Shown: positions 11,113 to 21,989 of the stretch, piece by piece
Position numbering within the stretch: the first letter of the stretch is position 1
Layout: each line of letters begins with the position of its first letter
DNA from: an uncultured delta proteobacterium
GTDB lineage: Bacteria; Desulfobacterota; Binatia; DP-6
NCBI GenBank assembly: GCA_963746505.1
Contig: CAVVBN010000010.1
Span: 1,142,846-1,206,845 of the forward strand
DNA: 64,000 bases
Direction: 5' to 3'
The notes under the pieces: model-generated
Told to the model about the DNA's origin: nothing
Seen by the model: the letters and a program-made list of their open reading frames with translations, nothing else
Database searches by the model: none
Position numbers and translations under genes: made by a program

Positions 11113-11169
11113 GCCCCTTCGCCGATTCGTCCAAGACCCACGCCCGCGTTCCCGTCGTACAAGGCCCCC

Positions 11170-12214
11170 ATGACGACGTCGCCGCCACCCCAGCTGCCCC
11201 CGGCGTTCCGGCTCTCCCGGATGATCACCAGCTACTGGATACCGCAGGCGATCCACGCCGCGGCCCAGCTCGGCGTCGCCGACGCCCTCGCCGACGGACC
11301 GCAGGCCGAGCGCCACGAGTCGCGGCCGCGGTGGAGGCGCACCCGGGCGCGGTGCATCGCCTGCTGCGCGCCCTCGCGACCATCGAGGTCTGCGCCGCTC
11401 GCGACGACGACCGCTTCGAGCTGACGGCGCTCGGCGAGGTGTCTCCGCGCCGACGCGCCGGACTCGGTCCGCTCGTGGGCGCTGCTGATGGGCGGCCGAT
11501 GGTCTGGCCGTCTGGGGACGACTCACCGAGAGCGTGCGCACCGGCGCCCGGCGCCGAGCTGCTGGACGGTCTCGACACCTTCGAGCAGCCTGCGCCGCCA
11601 TCCGGCCGAGATGGCGATCTTCAACCGCTCGATGGTGGAGCTGACCCGCGGCCTCTCGGGCAGTCGTCGCGACGGCATACGACTTCGCGGACGCCGGTAC
11701 CGTCGTCGACGTCGGCGGCGGGCACGGGGCGCTGCTGCCCGCCGATCCTGAGGCGCACACCCGCGGCTGCGCGGCGTCGTCTTCGACCTCCGAGCGCTGT
11801 CGTGAGGGCGCCCGCGCTCTCGCCGAGAAGACCGGCGTCTCCGACCGCGGTGCACGTTCGTGGGCGGCGACTTCTTCGCGACCCCTCCCACGGGGCGGGA
11901 CGTCTACCTGATGAAGAGCGTCATCCACGACTGGGACGACGAGCGCAGCGTCGAGATCCTGCGTCGCCGATCGGGGCCGCCATGAGTACCCAGGCCCGGC
12001 TCCTCGTCGTCGAGCCGATCCTTCCCGTGCGCCCCGGGACGTCGCCGTTCGATGCCATGATGGCCCATACCGATCTCAACATGCTGGTGGTCGTGGGTGG
12101 CCGCGAGCGTACCGAAGCCGACTTTCGCACGCTGATCGAGCGGCCGGTCTCCGCGTCACCCGCATCATTCCCACGCCGTCGGCGTTCAGCCTGATCGAGG
12201 CGTCGCCGGTATGA
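11170..12214 (+). pseudogene. class I SAM-dependent O-methyltransferase (family 2 type); heavily frameshifted as assembled
   Basis: The N-terminal segment is LSRMITSYWIPQAIHAAAQLGVADALADGP. The SAM motif VVDVGGGHGALL comes from my own translation of about 11700-11740. C-terminal pieces are YLMKSVIHDWDDERSVEIL, LLVVEPILP and DLNMLVVVGGRERTEADFRTLIE. At least 5 indels. Confidence 0.7.
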
Positions 12215-12225
12215 AGGAGGAGTCC

Positions 12226-12693
12226 ATGTCGAAGAAGCCGAACCCCATTCCCGAGGGACAGGATACTGCCGTTCCGTATCTCTGCGCGCACGACGCGGCC
12301 GAGGCGCTGGCCTTCTACGCCAAGGCCTTCGGCGCCGTCGAGACGATGCGCATGGCCGGACCAGACGGCCGCGTCGGACACGCCGAGTTCCGCATCGGCC
12401 GCGCAACGTTCATGCTCTCCGACGAGCATCCCGAGCTGAGCAGTGCTCGCGCGCACGCTCAAGGGGTCATCTGTGGCCATGCACCTCTACGTCGAGGACG
12501 TCGACGCACTCGCCCGCCGGGCCGTGAGAGCGGCGCCGCCCTCGTCCGACCGATCAAGGACGAGTTCTACGGCGATCGCTCGGCGGTGCTCACCGATCCC
12601 TTCGGACACAGGTGGTTCCTCGCGAGCCGCATCGAGGAGGTGTCGGCCGAGGAGTTGCAGCGCCGCCACGACGCCATGACGAAGGACACCTGA
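12226..12693 (+). pseudogene. VOC/glyoxalase-family protein (PhnB-like); two compensating frameshifts as assembled
   Basis: RBS aggagg lies 5 nt before ATG 12226. The frame-1 ends (AVPYLCAHDAAEALAFYAKAFGA and LVRPIKDEFYGDRSAVLTDPFGHRWFLA) flank a frame-2 middle (SSVAMHLYVEDVDALARRAV). Confidence 0.75.
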
Positions 12694-12706
12694 TCGCACT
12701 TGCGAG
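12638..12706. repeat. left copy of an imperfect direct repeat (3' end of the VOC gene)
   Basis: aggtgtcggccgaggagttgcagcgccgccacgacgccatgacgaaggacacctgatcgcacttg matches 15266-15334 with 5 substitutions. Confidence 0.85.
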
Positions 12707-12822
12707 TGAAGCGCTCATCAAGACGCCAAGTGAGTAACTAGTAGAACGAGGTGGGTTGCAGGCGGTACCGGGAATCGCCAGCGAGAACAGCGCCATCATC
12801 AGGGCGCCTAGCGACAACGTGT

Positions 12823-13587
12823 CTACTGGGCCACGAGGCCGGCCGCGATCAGCTCGCGAGCGATCTTCCGCTTCGCCTTCTCGGCGCGGTGGAAGAGTCT
12901 TCTCGATCTTGGCGATGGGGCCACTGCCTCCGACGACCTTCAGGACCGTCATCGCCTCCTCATCCCTTGCCATGGCCTTCTTCGCCTCGGCGGCAACCGC
13001 CGCAGCGACTCCCGGTTTGGCCTTCGCACGCACCTCGTTGACCAGATTCGTCAGAGCCTCCGAGGCCAGCGTCGGATTCCTCGATGGCGCCCGCGGGATC
13101 GGTGTACTGGTCCGTCGCCTTCTCCTCCGCGCGGATTTCGAGCATCGTCGACTCGGACAGGAAGCCGAGACTGTCGCTCGCCATGTCGAAAGGGATCGCT
13201 TCGCCCCAGCCACAGTCGTCGCCGGTATCCTCGGCATCGAAGATTCTCCCCATGATAGTGCCACTTGTCGGAGCAGCCATGGAACGGTCCGGGGCCGAAG
13301 ACGATTCCGTCGGCACCGGTGGTGGGGTTGAGATCGCTGGTGATGATCTGGGGGAACAGCGCCGAGGCGTGAATCTGAAGCCCGACCTGCTCGCCTGCCA
13401 GATGGCCGGCGTTACCCCGTTGCTCGGGGTGTGCCTTCGATTTGCCCTGGAGGCGCAGATTCTTGCCGCCGATCAGTATCCAGCTGACCGTGTTCGGCGG
13501 TGACCCACCTGCCCAGGCCATGCGAGCCGACGCCAGGAGGCCGAAGCTGCACAAGAGCGACAGTACCGTCAGCATCCGCATTTTCAT
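12823..13587 (-). pseudogene. hypothetical secreted protein; frames must be joined 2-3 times, and it could be two genes
   Basis: The signal peptide MKMRMLTVLSLLCSFGLLASARMAWA starts at 13587. Protein-like segments continue in other frames: IFDAEDTGDDCGWGEAIPFDMASDSLGFL, LTNLVNEVRAKAKPGVAAAVAAEAKKAM, and LFHRAEKAKRKIARELIAAGLVAQ* ending at 12823. No family recognised. Confidence 0.35.
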
Positions 13588-13741
13588 CGTGACATCCTCC
13601 CGAGTTGCAGAACGTACACGCCATGCTAGCGCGCGCGGTCGTGGCGCTTCAAGATTGTTCGCTCCTGGCTGCTGCCGACGTCCAGCCAGCGCGCCCGTTG
13701 TACGTCGAGACCCGCGCGCAGGCGCGAGGGCAGCTCGCCTC

Positions 13742-14286
13742 TTACGAGGCTTCACGGACACGTGGAATCTTCCACGTCCCATTGAGGATCGACGGCGACT
13801 TGGCCTTCGGCCAGTACCTTCGCATCATCAGATGAAGGCAGGCGGGCGCCGGGAGCCAGTTGGCCTCGTTGTCCGGTCCCGGGGAGTCGTGCTGGATGTA
13901 GAGGACCGAGCCGTCGGGGTTCGTCCGCAGCGGGTTGCGCTGGCTCAGATTGTAGCGGCTGAGCGGGTTGTCAACGAAGAAGTAGTTGGCGTCGTACGAC
14001 CAGGAGGGTCCCGGGCACCGAGCGCAACGAGTGCATCCGCGAGCTGATCAACGCGTGCGACGGCGTGGCCGGGGCCTCCGGCGGGCTCGAAGCTCCTCGG
14101 CATCGGGCGCGGCGTCCGGGTGTACGAGGAATGCCTGCTCGGAGCTGACGCGCCGCGCCGCAGCCGTCCGGCGGGCCCGGCCTCTTCAGCCCCCGCCCGT
14201 CGCCGAACAGCTCGTCGTACAATGGAGCGACCTTCGGTGTGCGCGAGGGGATCGTGGGGCCGACCAGCCGGCCGCTCCGAGTACAT
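13742..14286 (-). pseudogene. DUF1214-type protein remnant (C-terminal part only; frameshifted)
   Basis: My own minus-strand translation of 13742-13990 gives SWSYDANYFFVDNPLSRYNLSQRNPLRTNPDGSVLYIQHDSPGPDNEANWLPAPACLHLMMRRYWPKAKSPSILNGTWKIPRV*. This fits the DUF1214 C-terminal consensus. Only about 180 codons are available, whereas DUF1254-DUF1214 proteins usually have more than 400. Confidence 0.5.
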
Positions 14287-14396
14287 TCGATTTTGCGAAA
14301 AGAGTTATTGCAAGCCGCTTGGCGGGCGGTGTAGCCTCCGCGCGCTTTTGACGGAACCCCAAGGGGAACTCAACCTAAACACTATGGAGGGATCGA

Positions 14397-15040
14397 ATGA
14401 AGGGTAAAATCGCAGTGCTGGTCGGAACCGCGCTGCTCGTAGGCGCTCTGCCCGCGGGCGCAGGCGCACCGCCCATTGACGGGACCGGTAGCGTCGGCAC
14501 GTGTGCAACCGTGACGCAGATCAAGATCAAGCCCGCGCTCGTGACCGGCGGGACGAGTCCGATTACGCTTTCGATCAAGACCAAGCCACCGAAGGGCGCC
14601 CCTGCTCCCTGCCCGGGTGCAACGGGTGACGGCCTCAACGTGCTATCCGGCAAGGCGAAGGGCAGCGGAACCGACACGACCAACGACTGTGCCAACCTCG
14701 TTGGCGTGAGGACGCCAACCTGACCCTGACGGTCAAGTGGAAGGCGGCCAAGGGCACACCGAAGCTGAACCCGTCCACCGTCGTGATCACCTCGCAGACG
14801 GGTGGCCTCAGCACGACTCCGGCGGGTCATGGTCAATTCGACGCGACGGGCACGATCACCGCTGGCTCGTTTGCGGGTAGCACCGTGACCGCGCACGTCG
14901 TAACCGACCAGGACGCCGTGGAGCTCGGCGCCGCCTGCACCGGTAAGGGCCTGAAGAAAGAGACCTCGGCTGGCCAAAAGGCGAGCAAGGACGACGGCCT
15001 GATCGGGAGCGGATCGACGACCTACACAGCAGCACCCTGA
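14397..15040 (+). pseudogene. hypothetical secreted beta-rich protein; one frameshift as assembled
   Basis: RBS ggaggg precedes ATG 14397, and the signal peptide is MKGKIAVLVGTALLVGALPAGAGA. The 14397-14723 piece joins the 14783-15040 frame through LTLTVKWKAAKGTPKLNPSTVVITSQ. Four Cys residues. No family recognised. Confidence 0.5.
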
Positions 15041-15053
15041 CCGTCCGTCCATG

Positions 15054-15089
15054 CATGGAAGCGCGGGGCGTCGGCCCCGCGCTTCCATG
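15054..15089 (+). terminator. perfect 16-bp stem / 4-nt loop hairpin just after the 14397-15040 ORF
   Basis: catggaagcgcggggc (15054-15069), loop gtcg, gccccgcgcttccatg (15074-15089). There is no T-tract, so intrinsic-terminator function is inferred only from structure and position. Confidence 0.55.
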
Positions 15090-15179
15090 CAACACATCGA
15101 ACGCGATCCCGAAGCGCCACCTCCGACAGCCGCAGTTGGGCCGACGTCACCAGTGGGAACCTGGTCGACCACGGCCCCG

Positions 15180-15321
15180 AGGCGGGACGCCACGCGGCAT
15201 GCCGCGTCGCTACTGTCCGTCGACCTCCCGCGTCCCCTGCGGGCATAGGCAGCATAAAGCCGAGCAGGTGTCGGCCGAGGAGTTGAAGCGCCGCTACGAC
15301 GCGATGACGAAGGGCACCTGA
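15180..15321 (+). pseudogene. decayed remnant of a second VOC-family gene (3' end only)
   Basis: The last codons QVSAEELKRRYDAMTKGT* parallel EVSAEELQRRHDAMTKDT* of the 12226-12693 gene. Weaker nucleotide similarity continues upstream (ccctgcgggcatagg versus cccttcggacacagg). No start or N-terminal part is present. Confidence 0.6.
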
Positions 15322-15334
15322 TCGCCCTTGACGA
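15266..15334. repeat. right copy of the imperfect direct repeat (VOC 3' end)
   Basis: aggtgtcggccgaggagttgaagcgccgctacgacgcgatgacgaagggcacctgatcgcccttg. See 12638-12706. Confidence 0.85.
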
Positions 15335-15362
15335 TCCCGCCCGGCCGCGCGACTCTGGCGGC

Positions 15363-16057
15363 ATGGGACTCCCGAACGGCGTGCATCACCTCGCGATCGC
15401 CACGCGCGACATGAAGGGGCAGATCGAGTTCTTCACCCAGGTGGTGGGCATGGAGCTGGTCGCGCTCTACTGGATGCACGGCGTGCCGAACACCGTGCAC
15501 GGCTTCCTGCGGCTCGGGGACAGCTCGTCGATCGCGTTCGTGCAGGGCCCGGAGATGGCGACGATCACGCCGCAACCCGGGGTCTCGCACGCCGGCTTCA
15601 CCGCTGGCCCGGTGGCGCCGGGCGTGATGCAGCACGTCGCGCTGAACGTCGATTCCGAGGCCGACTGCTCGCCATGCGCGACCGCCTCCGCACCCACGGC
15701 CACTGGGTGATGGGACCGATCGATCACGGCATGTGCCAGTCGATCTATCTCGCCGCCCCCGAGGGCATCATGCTCGAGTTCGCGACGTCGGCCACGCCGA
15801 TCGACGCCGCACAGTGGATCGATCCGGAGGTCGTCGAGCGGTGTGGCATCACGCCGGGCGACCTCGCCCGCTTCGTCAAGCCGCCCGCCGTCGCCACCCG
15901 CGGCGGCGCCGTGGCGCAGCCCGATCCGCATGCCCGCCCGAACTTCGAGTTCCCCACCGAGTGGCGCGATCGCGGCGAGGCGCTCTTCCAGATGTCGGAC
16001 GACGCGATCGCGGCGACGATGAGCGTCCCGACCCCGCCCGTCAGTCCAGCGCGCTGA
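15363..16057 (+). pseudogene. VOC/glyoxalase-bleomycin resistance-dioxygenase family protein; one frameshift as assembled
   Basis: 15363-15710 (GVHHLAIATRDMKGQIEFFTQVVGMELV ... MQHVALNVDSE) continues in frame 15674-16057 (MRDRLRTHGHWVMGPIDHGMCQSIYLAAPEGIMLEF). The indel is near 15665. Confidence 0.7.
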
Positions 16058-17310
16058 AGTCGATCGCGACCACCGTCGCGACCTCGTCGACCGCCGCCGG
16101 CGGCACCTCGATCACGAGCTCGCCGGTCGGGTCGGGGTTGAAGAGCTGGTCGACGACCGCGGTGCGGCTCGACCACGCGAGCGGCGCACCGGTCCCCACC
16201 ACGTGCACGCCCTGCACCCGAGCGACCGGCACGCCGCGCACCGCCACGGAGTCGTAGGGGCGCATCAGCAGGTGCAGGTAGAGACGGTTCGCCGCGGCGC
16301 GTGCTCGGGCCGTAGAACTGCCACGGCTCCAGCCCGGGCGTCGTGCCGACGATGCTCTCGCCGTGGCGCGCCATCCAGCCGCTCGATCGCGTCGAGCCGC
16401 TCGACGTCTGCTCCGGCGGCAGCGCTGCCGTCGCCGCGTCGGGCTGACGTTCAGCAGCAGGTTGCCGCCCTGCCGGCGACCTCGCAGAGCGTGTGCACGA
16501 GCGCGCGCGCCGACTTGTAGTGCGTGTCGCCGGGTTGCCAGCCCCAGCTGTCGTTCATCGTCAGGCAGGTCTCCCACGGCGCGCGCCGGCGGCTGCGGCG
16601 GGACGAACTGCTCGGGCGTGTCGAAGTCGCCGCGCCCGGGCAGGCGGTCGTTGATCAGGATCTCCGGCTGCAGCGCGCGGATCGTGCTCGCGCAGCTCGG
16701 TCGCTCGCGCCATGCTCGCGCGCTGCGCTCCCAGCCGCCGTCGAACCACAGCACGTCGATCGGCCCGTAGTCGGTCAGCAGCTCGCGCACCTGCGCGAAC
16801 AGGAACGTCGACGAAGCGCTGCCCACTGCTCCGGCGTCGGCCGCGGCACGCGTGCCGAAGCGCGTAGGGGCGGTCGGCGTCCGTGAACGGCGGGTAGTCG
16901 GGATGGTGCCAGTCGGTCAGCGAGAAGTAGAGGCCGACGCGCAGCCCCTCGGCGCGCACGGCGTCGACGAACTCGCGCACGATGTCGCCGCCGTACGGCG
17001 AGCGCATCGACCGAGAAGTCCGACACGCGTCGTGTCGAACAGCGCGAAGCCGTCGTGGTGCTTGGTGGTGAGCACGGCGTACTGCATGCCGCGCGCTTCG
17101 CGCCAGCGCGCCCACTCGCGCGGGCGTCCCGGCCGCGGCGCGAAGGTGGCGGTCGTCGCGATAGTACTCGTCGACCGGCACGTCCTGGCACGCGCGGCAG
17201 CGCCGGCATGCCGCCGACCATCGGCCACGACAGCTCGAAGCCCTGCTGGCTGAGCAGTGGCCCCAGTGGACGAACAGGCCGAAGCGCGCCGTGTCGAACC
17301 AGCCGCTCAC
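16041..17310 (-). pseudogene. alpha-L-fucosidase (GH29); frameshifted as assembled
   Basis: GTG 17310 overlaps the upstream stop (GTGA). The N-terminus is SGWFDTARFGLFVHWG, followed by PYGGDIVREFVDAVRAEGLRVGLYFSLTDWHHPDYP. ORF 16041-16826 supplies VRELLTDYGPIDVLWFDGGWE and GGNLLLNVSP. At least 4 indels. Confidence 0.7.
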
Positions 17311-18075
17311 GCGCGACGCGCCGCGAGCTCCTCGGCGTAGCCGCGCGCGTACGTCCCGAAGACCCGGTCCATCCAGGTGAGGAACCCGGCGTAGTTGCCC
17401 CTTCACGCGCGCGTGATGCCAGTCGTGATGGCGGGCGCCGTCGTTGCCCGGCAGCAGGTGCGTCGGCGTCCACGGGAGGTCGTAGCCGCAGTGGCCCTCG
17501 GCCGCCTCCCACTGCCGGAACGCGAACCAGATCCAGACCGTGACCACGTGCGAGCCGAGCAGCAGCGGACCGATCAGCGCCACCGACGCCGGTGAGCGTG
17601 AACTCGATCGGGTGCATGTAGTGCCCGGTGATCGCCCACGGCGTGACGATGCGGTGGTGCCAGCCGTGCACGCGCTTGTAGAGCCAGGGCGGTGCATCGT
17701 GCGGTGGAACGAGTAGTAGAGGACGTCGTCGAGGTAGATGAAGAACGACGACCTGAGCCGACGATCACCCACCAGGGCGGCAGCGGGCCGGCGTGGACGC
17801 CGGTGAGCCGCAGCAGCGGCCACGCCGCGATCACGCCGACGAACGCCCAGGCGTTGTTCACGAGCCAGCTCTTGACCGACGCGCCGACCAGCTGCTGCTC
17901 GCGCGGCGGACGGCTCTGGATGCGGTAGCGCCGCAGCGATTCGGGATCCCGGGCCGCCAGCCAGGTGAGCGGTGCCGGCGAACACGATGAACGAGAGCAT
18001 GCTCACCAGCATCGTCGCCACCGGGAACAGCCAGAAGAGCGGGTCGCGGTAGCTCTCGATCAGGTACTGGGTCAC
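17307..18075 (-). pseudogene. fatty acid hydroxylase / sterol desaturase superfamily membrane protein; frameshifted as assembled
   Basis: GTG 18075 begins TQYLIESYRDPLFWLFPVATMLV. His boxes are found across frames: SFHRTMHRP, HGWHHR, ARHHDWHH. The C-terminus GNYAGFLTWMDRVFGTYARGYAEELAARRA* comes from my own translation. Confidence 0.65.
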
Positions 18076-18109
18076 CGGCGCCGATCTTCGACGTCCGGCC
18101 CCGGCCGTG

Positions 18110-18454
18110 TCAACCCGCGTCCGGCGGTTGGAGCGTGATCGCCCGCTCGGGGCAGGCCACGACGCAGAGCCCGCAGGCCTGGCAGCGGTCGGCGCGCGGC
18201 GTGTAGGCACTCTGGCGTCCGTGGACGAACACCTTCACGCGGTTCAACAGCGACAGGGCGGCCCAGTCGGCGTCGTCGATGCGGCGGACCTCGAAGACGT
18301 CGTACGGACACACGTCGACGCAGTCGCGCTCGGCCTCGCAGCGCGCGTGATCGACGATCGGACGCCACGTGCCCGGTGGTGCCTTGCACTCGGCACCGGG
18401 ACGATCGGGATGCGCGGCGGCGCGGCGAGCCTTCTCTGCCGGTGTGCAGGCCAC
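18110..18454 (-). CDS. 4Fe-4S dicluster ferredoxin
   Basis: Intact 114 codons with two Cys clusters (CEAERDCVDVCP and CQACGLCVVACP). Confidence 0.8.
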   Translation of the reverse strand: MACTPAEKARRAAAHPDRPGAECKAPPGTWRPIVDHARCEAERDCVDVCPYDVFEVRRIDDADWAALSLLNRVKVFVHGRQSAYTPRADRCQACGLCVVACPERAITLQPPDAG

Positions 18455-18457
18455 GCG

Positions 18458-19284
18458 CTAGGTACGATCGAGCAGCAGGCTCTGCACGCGCGCGGCCGAC
18501 GACGCCGCGGCCGTCCCAGAGACGGCTCTCCGCGAGCCCGACGCCGTGCTCGGCGACGTGCGTCACCGCGTCGAGGCACACCCACTCGCCCTCCAGCGGG
18601 CGATGCACGTAGACGGTCAGATCGGGATTGATGAACTGCCAGCCGTCGAGACGCGACAGCACCCAGCTGACGCCGTTGCCGAAGTCGGCCGCGGCGACGA
18701 CGCGCGCCAGCGGCGAGGTCGGCTCGCCGGCCACGAGCGGCACGCGCAGGCGGATCCAGTCGACCGCCGGCCCCGGGCCGGTCGAAGCTGCCGCCGACGA
18801 AGCGATGCTCGACGCCGTCGGAGTGGAACGCCGGCCGCGCGAGCCCGTCGCCCCACGGCGGCTGCTCCCACCGTCCCTGCTCCGGACCGGCGGGAGGCGG
18901 CGGCGCGCTCGGGGGCAGGTCGGCCGGCAGCGGAAGGTCGAGGCGACGGATGCGCAGCGCCGTCGCGCGCGCCACCTCGACGTCGCCGGCGCGCAGCGTC
19001 GCCTCGACCAGCTGCACCTTGCGTCCCGGCCGCGCGAACGACGAGCGCGACGGTGAGCGGCGCCAGCGGCACGCGGACGGAGCAGCTCGACCGTGAGGCG
19101 CGCGACGTGCATCCGCTCGCCGTCCTCGTAGCGCTCCACGCAGCGCGCGAGGAGCGCCGCCGGAGGGCCGCCGTGCTGCGCGTCCGGAGTCCAGGGACCG
19201 CGGCAGAGCGGCGTCGGCACGAAGCCGCTCGCCGTCGGGCCGCTTGCCGTCCGGAAGGAAGAGCGCGGTCGGGACGTCGGCCAC
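18458..19284 (-). pseudogene. thioesterase-like superfamily protein (acyl-CoA thioesterase type); frameshifted as assembled
   Basis: GTG 19284 lies 2 nt after the P450 stop. Pieces are ADVPTALFLPDGKRPDGE, PTPLCRGPWTPDAQHGGPPAALLARCVERYEDGERMHVARLTVELLRP, and VDWIRLRVPLVAGEPTSPLARVVAAADFGNGVSWVL..FINPDLTVYVHRPLEGEWVCLDA. At least 3 indels. Confidence 0.6.
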
Positions 19285-19286
19285 GA

Positions 19287-20495
19287 TCAGCGCGCGCGGA
19301 ACGTGATCGGCAGGCGACCGGGGACGCGGAAGAGCGACGGCCCCCACTCGACGGTGTCGGAGACGAGCGCCAGGTCGTCGAAGCGCTCGACCAGGCTGCC
19401 GATCGCCAGCTGCGCTTCGGTGCGCGCGAGGTGGGCGCCGAGGCAGTAGTGCGGGCCGCCGCCGAAGGCCAGGTGCTCGTTCGGCGTCCGCGCGACGTCG
19501 AAGCGGTCCGGATCCGGGAAGTGGGCGGGATCCCGGTTCGCCGACGGCGAGCATGCCCCAGACCTTGGCGTCCTTCGGAATGACGCGGCCCTGGAACTCC
19601 ACGTCGGCGTGCAGGACCCGCGACGTGAGGATGATCGGCCCGTCGAAGCGCAGGCATTCCTCGACCGCGCTGGCGATGAGCCCGGGATCGCGCGCGGAGC
19701 TTCGCCAGCTCGTCGGGATGACGGATCAGCTGCCGGACGCCGTTGCCGATGAGGCCGATCGTCGTCTCGAAGCCGGCGATCAGGAGGCCCATGGCCTGCG
19801 ACATCAGCTCGAGCGGCGACAGGCGATCGCCGGCCTCCTCGGCACGGATGAGCGCGCTCAGCAGGTCGTCGGTCAGGTGCGACCGGCGGGCCTCGATCAG
19901 GTCCTGGAAGTACGCCGCGAGCGCCATCGCTCCGGCCATCGCATCCTGCATCAGCTCGGGCGGGGCGACGCCGGCGGCGAGACCGAAGGTGGCCTTCGCC
20001 GTCCACTCGGTGAACCGGTCGCGGTCCGCCACCGGGACGCCCATCATCTGGCAGATGAGCGTGGCGGGGACCGGGAGTGCCAGGTCGGCGATGACGTCCA
20101 TCTCGCCACGCGGGGCGACGCGGGCGAGGCAGTCGTCGACGATGCGCTGGATCTCGGCGCGCCAGCCGCCGACGGCGCGCGGCGTGAACGCCGTGGCTCA
20201 CCAGCTTGCGGAGCCGGGTGTGCGTCGGGGGATCCTGCTGCAGCATGAACAGCCGCGGCCCGAAGTGCTGCTCGTCGACGTTCGGCAGCTCGCCCGCCGT
20301 GGTGCGCACGCCCGCCGGGACGTCGTGCAGCAATCGGTTGACGTCGTCGTACCGCAAGAGCCGCCAGAACCCGACCGGCGTCTCGTTGACGGGATCGATC
20401 TCGCGCAACCGCGCGAGGAAGGGGTACGGATCGTTCCGCACCTCCGGGTCGAAGGGGTTCGCGCCGAGCCAGGGATCCTCCGCGGCGACCGCCAT
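19287..20495 (-). pseudogene. cytochrome P450; frameshifted as assembled
   Basis: The N-terminal piece is FMLQQDPPTHTRLRKLV. The I-helix piece is LLIAGFETTIGLIGNG. The heme loop is FGGGPHYCLGAHLAR in the C-terminal piece ending at 19287. At least 4 indels. Confidence 0.8.
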
Positions 20496-20504
20496 GGGCT
20501 CCCG

Positions 20505-21728
20505 CTACGGGGCGGGCTCGGCCGAGTCAATGCGGTACGCGCGGAGCTGTGGCAGCGCGGTGGCCACGAGCGCGACGACGAGGAGGCAGCCGATCCCCCC
20601 GCTCACGACCGCGAAAGGTGCGCTGGTGAGTGCCGCGAGGAATCCCGACTCGGCCGCGCCCAGCTGGTTCGAGGCGTTGATGAACACCATGTTGACGCCG
20701 CTGACGCGCCCCCGCAGCGCGTCCGGCGTCGCCAGCTGGATGACCGTCGAGCGCAACACGACGCTCACCTGGTCGGCCGCACCCACCAGCAGGTAGGCGG
20801 CCACCGACAGCGGGAACCAGCGGGAGAAGCCGAAGACGATCGTCGCCACCCCGTAGATGGCCACCGTCACGAGCAGCACACGTCCGGCGTTGCGGATCGG
20901 CGGGATCATGGTGAGGACGATGGACGTGCCGATCGCGCCCAGCTCCAGCGTCGACGACAGGAGCCCATAGCCGCGCGCACCGACGTGCAGGATCTCGTTC
21001 GCGTAGATCGGCAGGAGGGCCGTCGCCCCGCCGAAGATGACGGCGAACATGTCGAGGGTCATGCATCCGAGGACGACCGGGCGGCGGCGCACGAACCCGA
21101 GGCCCTCGCGGATCGCCTGCACGCTCACGGCGCGGTGCCCCGGGACGTGAGCCGGGGCACGGAGGAACGCGATGCCGACCAGCGCCATGGCGGTGAGGGC
21201 CGCCAGGAGGGCATAGGCGGCTCCGATGCCGAACGCGGCGATGACGACGCCACCCACCGCCGGCCCGGAGGCGAACGCGAGCGCCTGGACGGTGGCGCTG
21301 AGGGTGACCGCACGAGGGAAGACCTCGCGTGGAACGAGGCTCGGCAGCAGGGCCTGGCGGGCCGGGCTGTCGAAGGCGAGGGCCGACTGCTCGAGGAACA
21401 CGACCGCGTAGATCGCCGCGAGCGTCGCCGCCCCGGAGAGCGTGATCGCGCACAGCACGACGGCGCCCACCAGGGCCGCGGCCTGGGCACCGAGCATCAT
21501 GCGCCGCCGATCCCGCGCATCGGCCATCGCGCCGGCGACGAGGGTCAGGCTGACGGCAGGGACGAACTGCACGACGCCGATCAGCCCCAGATGGAACGCC
21601 GAGCGCGACAGCTCGAACACGTGCCAGGCGACGGCCGCCCGCAGCATCGTCATCGCGCTCGCGGCACAGAACCGGCTCGCGAGGTAGAGAAGCAGGTTGC
21701 GGGAGCGCAGGACCTCGCCGCTCGTCAC
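20505..21728 (-). CDS. MFS transporter
   Basis: Intact 407 codons with about 12 hydrophobic segments and an MFS-type loop (MADARDRRRMM). Its stop lies 9 nt before the P450 start. Confidence 0.85.
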   Translation of the reverse strand: MTSGEVLRSRNLLLYLASRFCAASAMTMLRAAVAWHVFELSRSAFHLGLIGVVQFVPAVSLTLVAGAMADARDRRRMMLGAQAAALVGAVVLCAITLSGAATLAAIYAVVFLEQSALAFDSPARQALLPSLVPREVFPRAVTLSATVQALAFASGPAVGGVVIAAFGIGAAYALLAALTAMALVGIAFLRAPAHVPGHRAVSVQAIREGLGFVRRRPVVLGCMTLDMFAVIFGGATALLPIYANEILHVGARGYGLLSSTLELGAIGTSIVLTMIPPIRNAGRVLLVTVAIYGVATIVFGFSRWFPLSVAAYLLVGAADQVSVVLRSTVIQLATPDALRGRVSGVNMVFINASNQLGAAESGFLAALTSAPFAVVSGGIGCLLVVALVATALPQLRAYRIDSAEPAP

Positions 21729-21989
21729 CCGCGCCCGCCCCCTCCCATGCGCCCGGGCTACCGGTGCGGGTAGACCGGGTCAAGGATGCACCGCTGCGCC
21801 TCCTCCACGGCATCTGCGAGGTGCAGGTCCGCACTGTGCCACCGGCGCACGCGCCGCGGGCGACACGTCGGCTGTCCGGTGGGCCCACGGCCCGTCGCCA
21901 AGTGCCTGATATTCCGACGCGCGCGTGGGCAGTGTGTCATCGGGAAACGGGAACGCGGCTTGCAAATTCGTCCACCCGAGAGCCACCGC

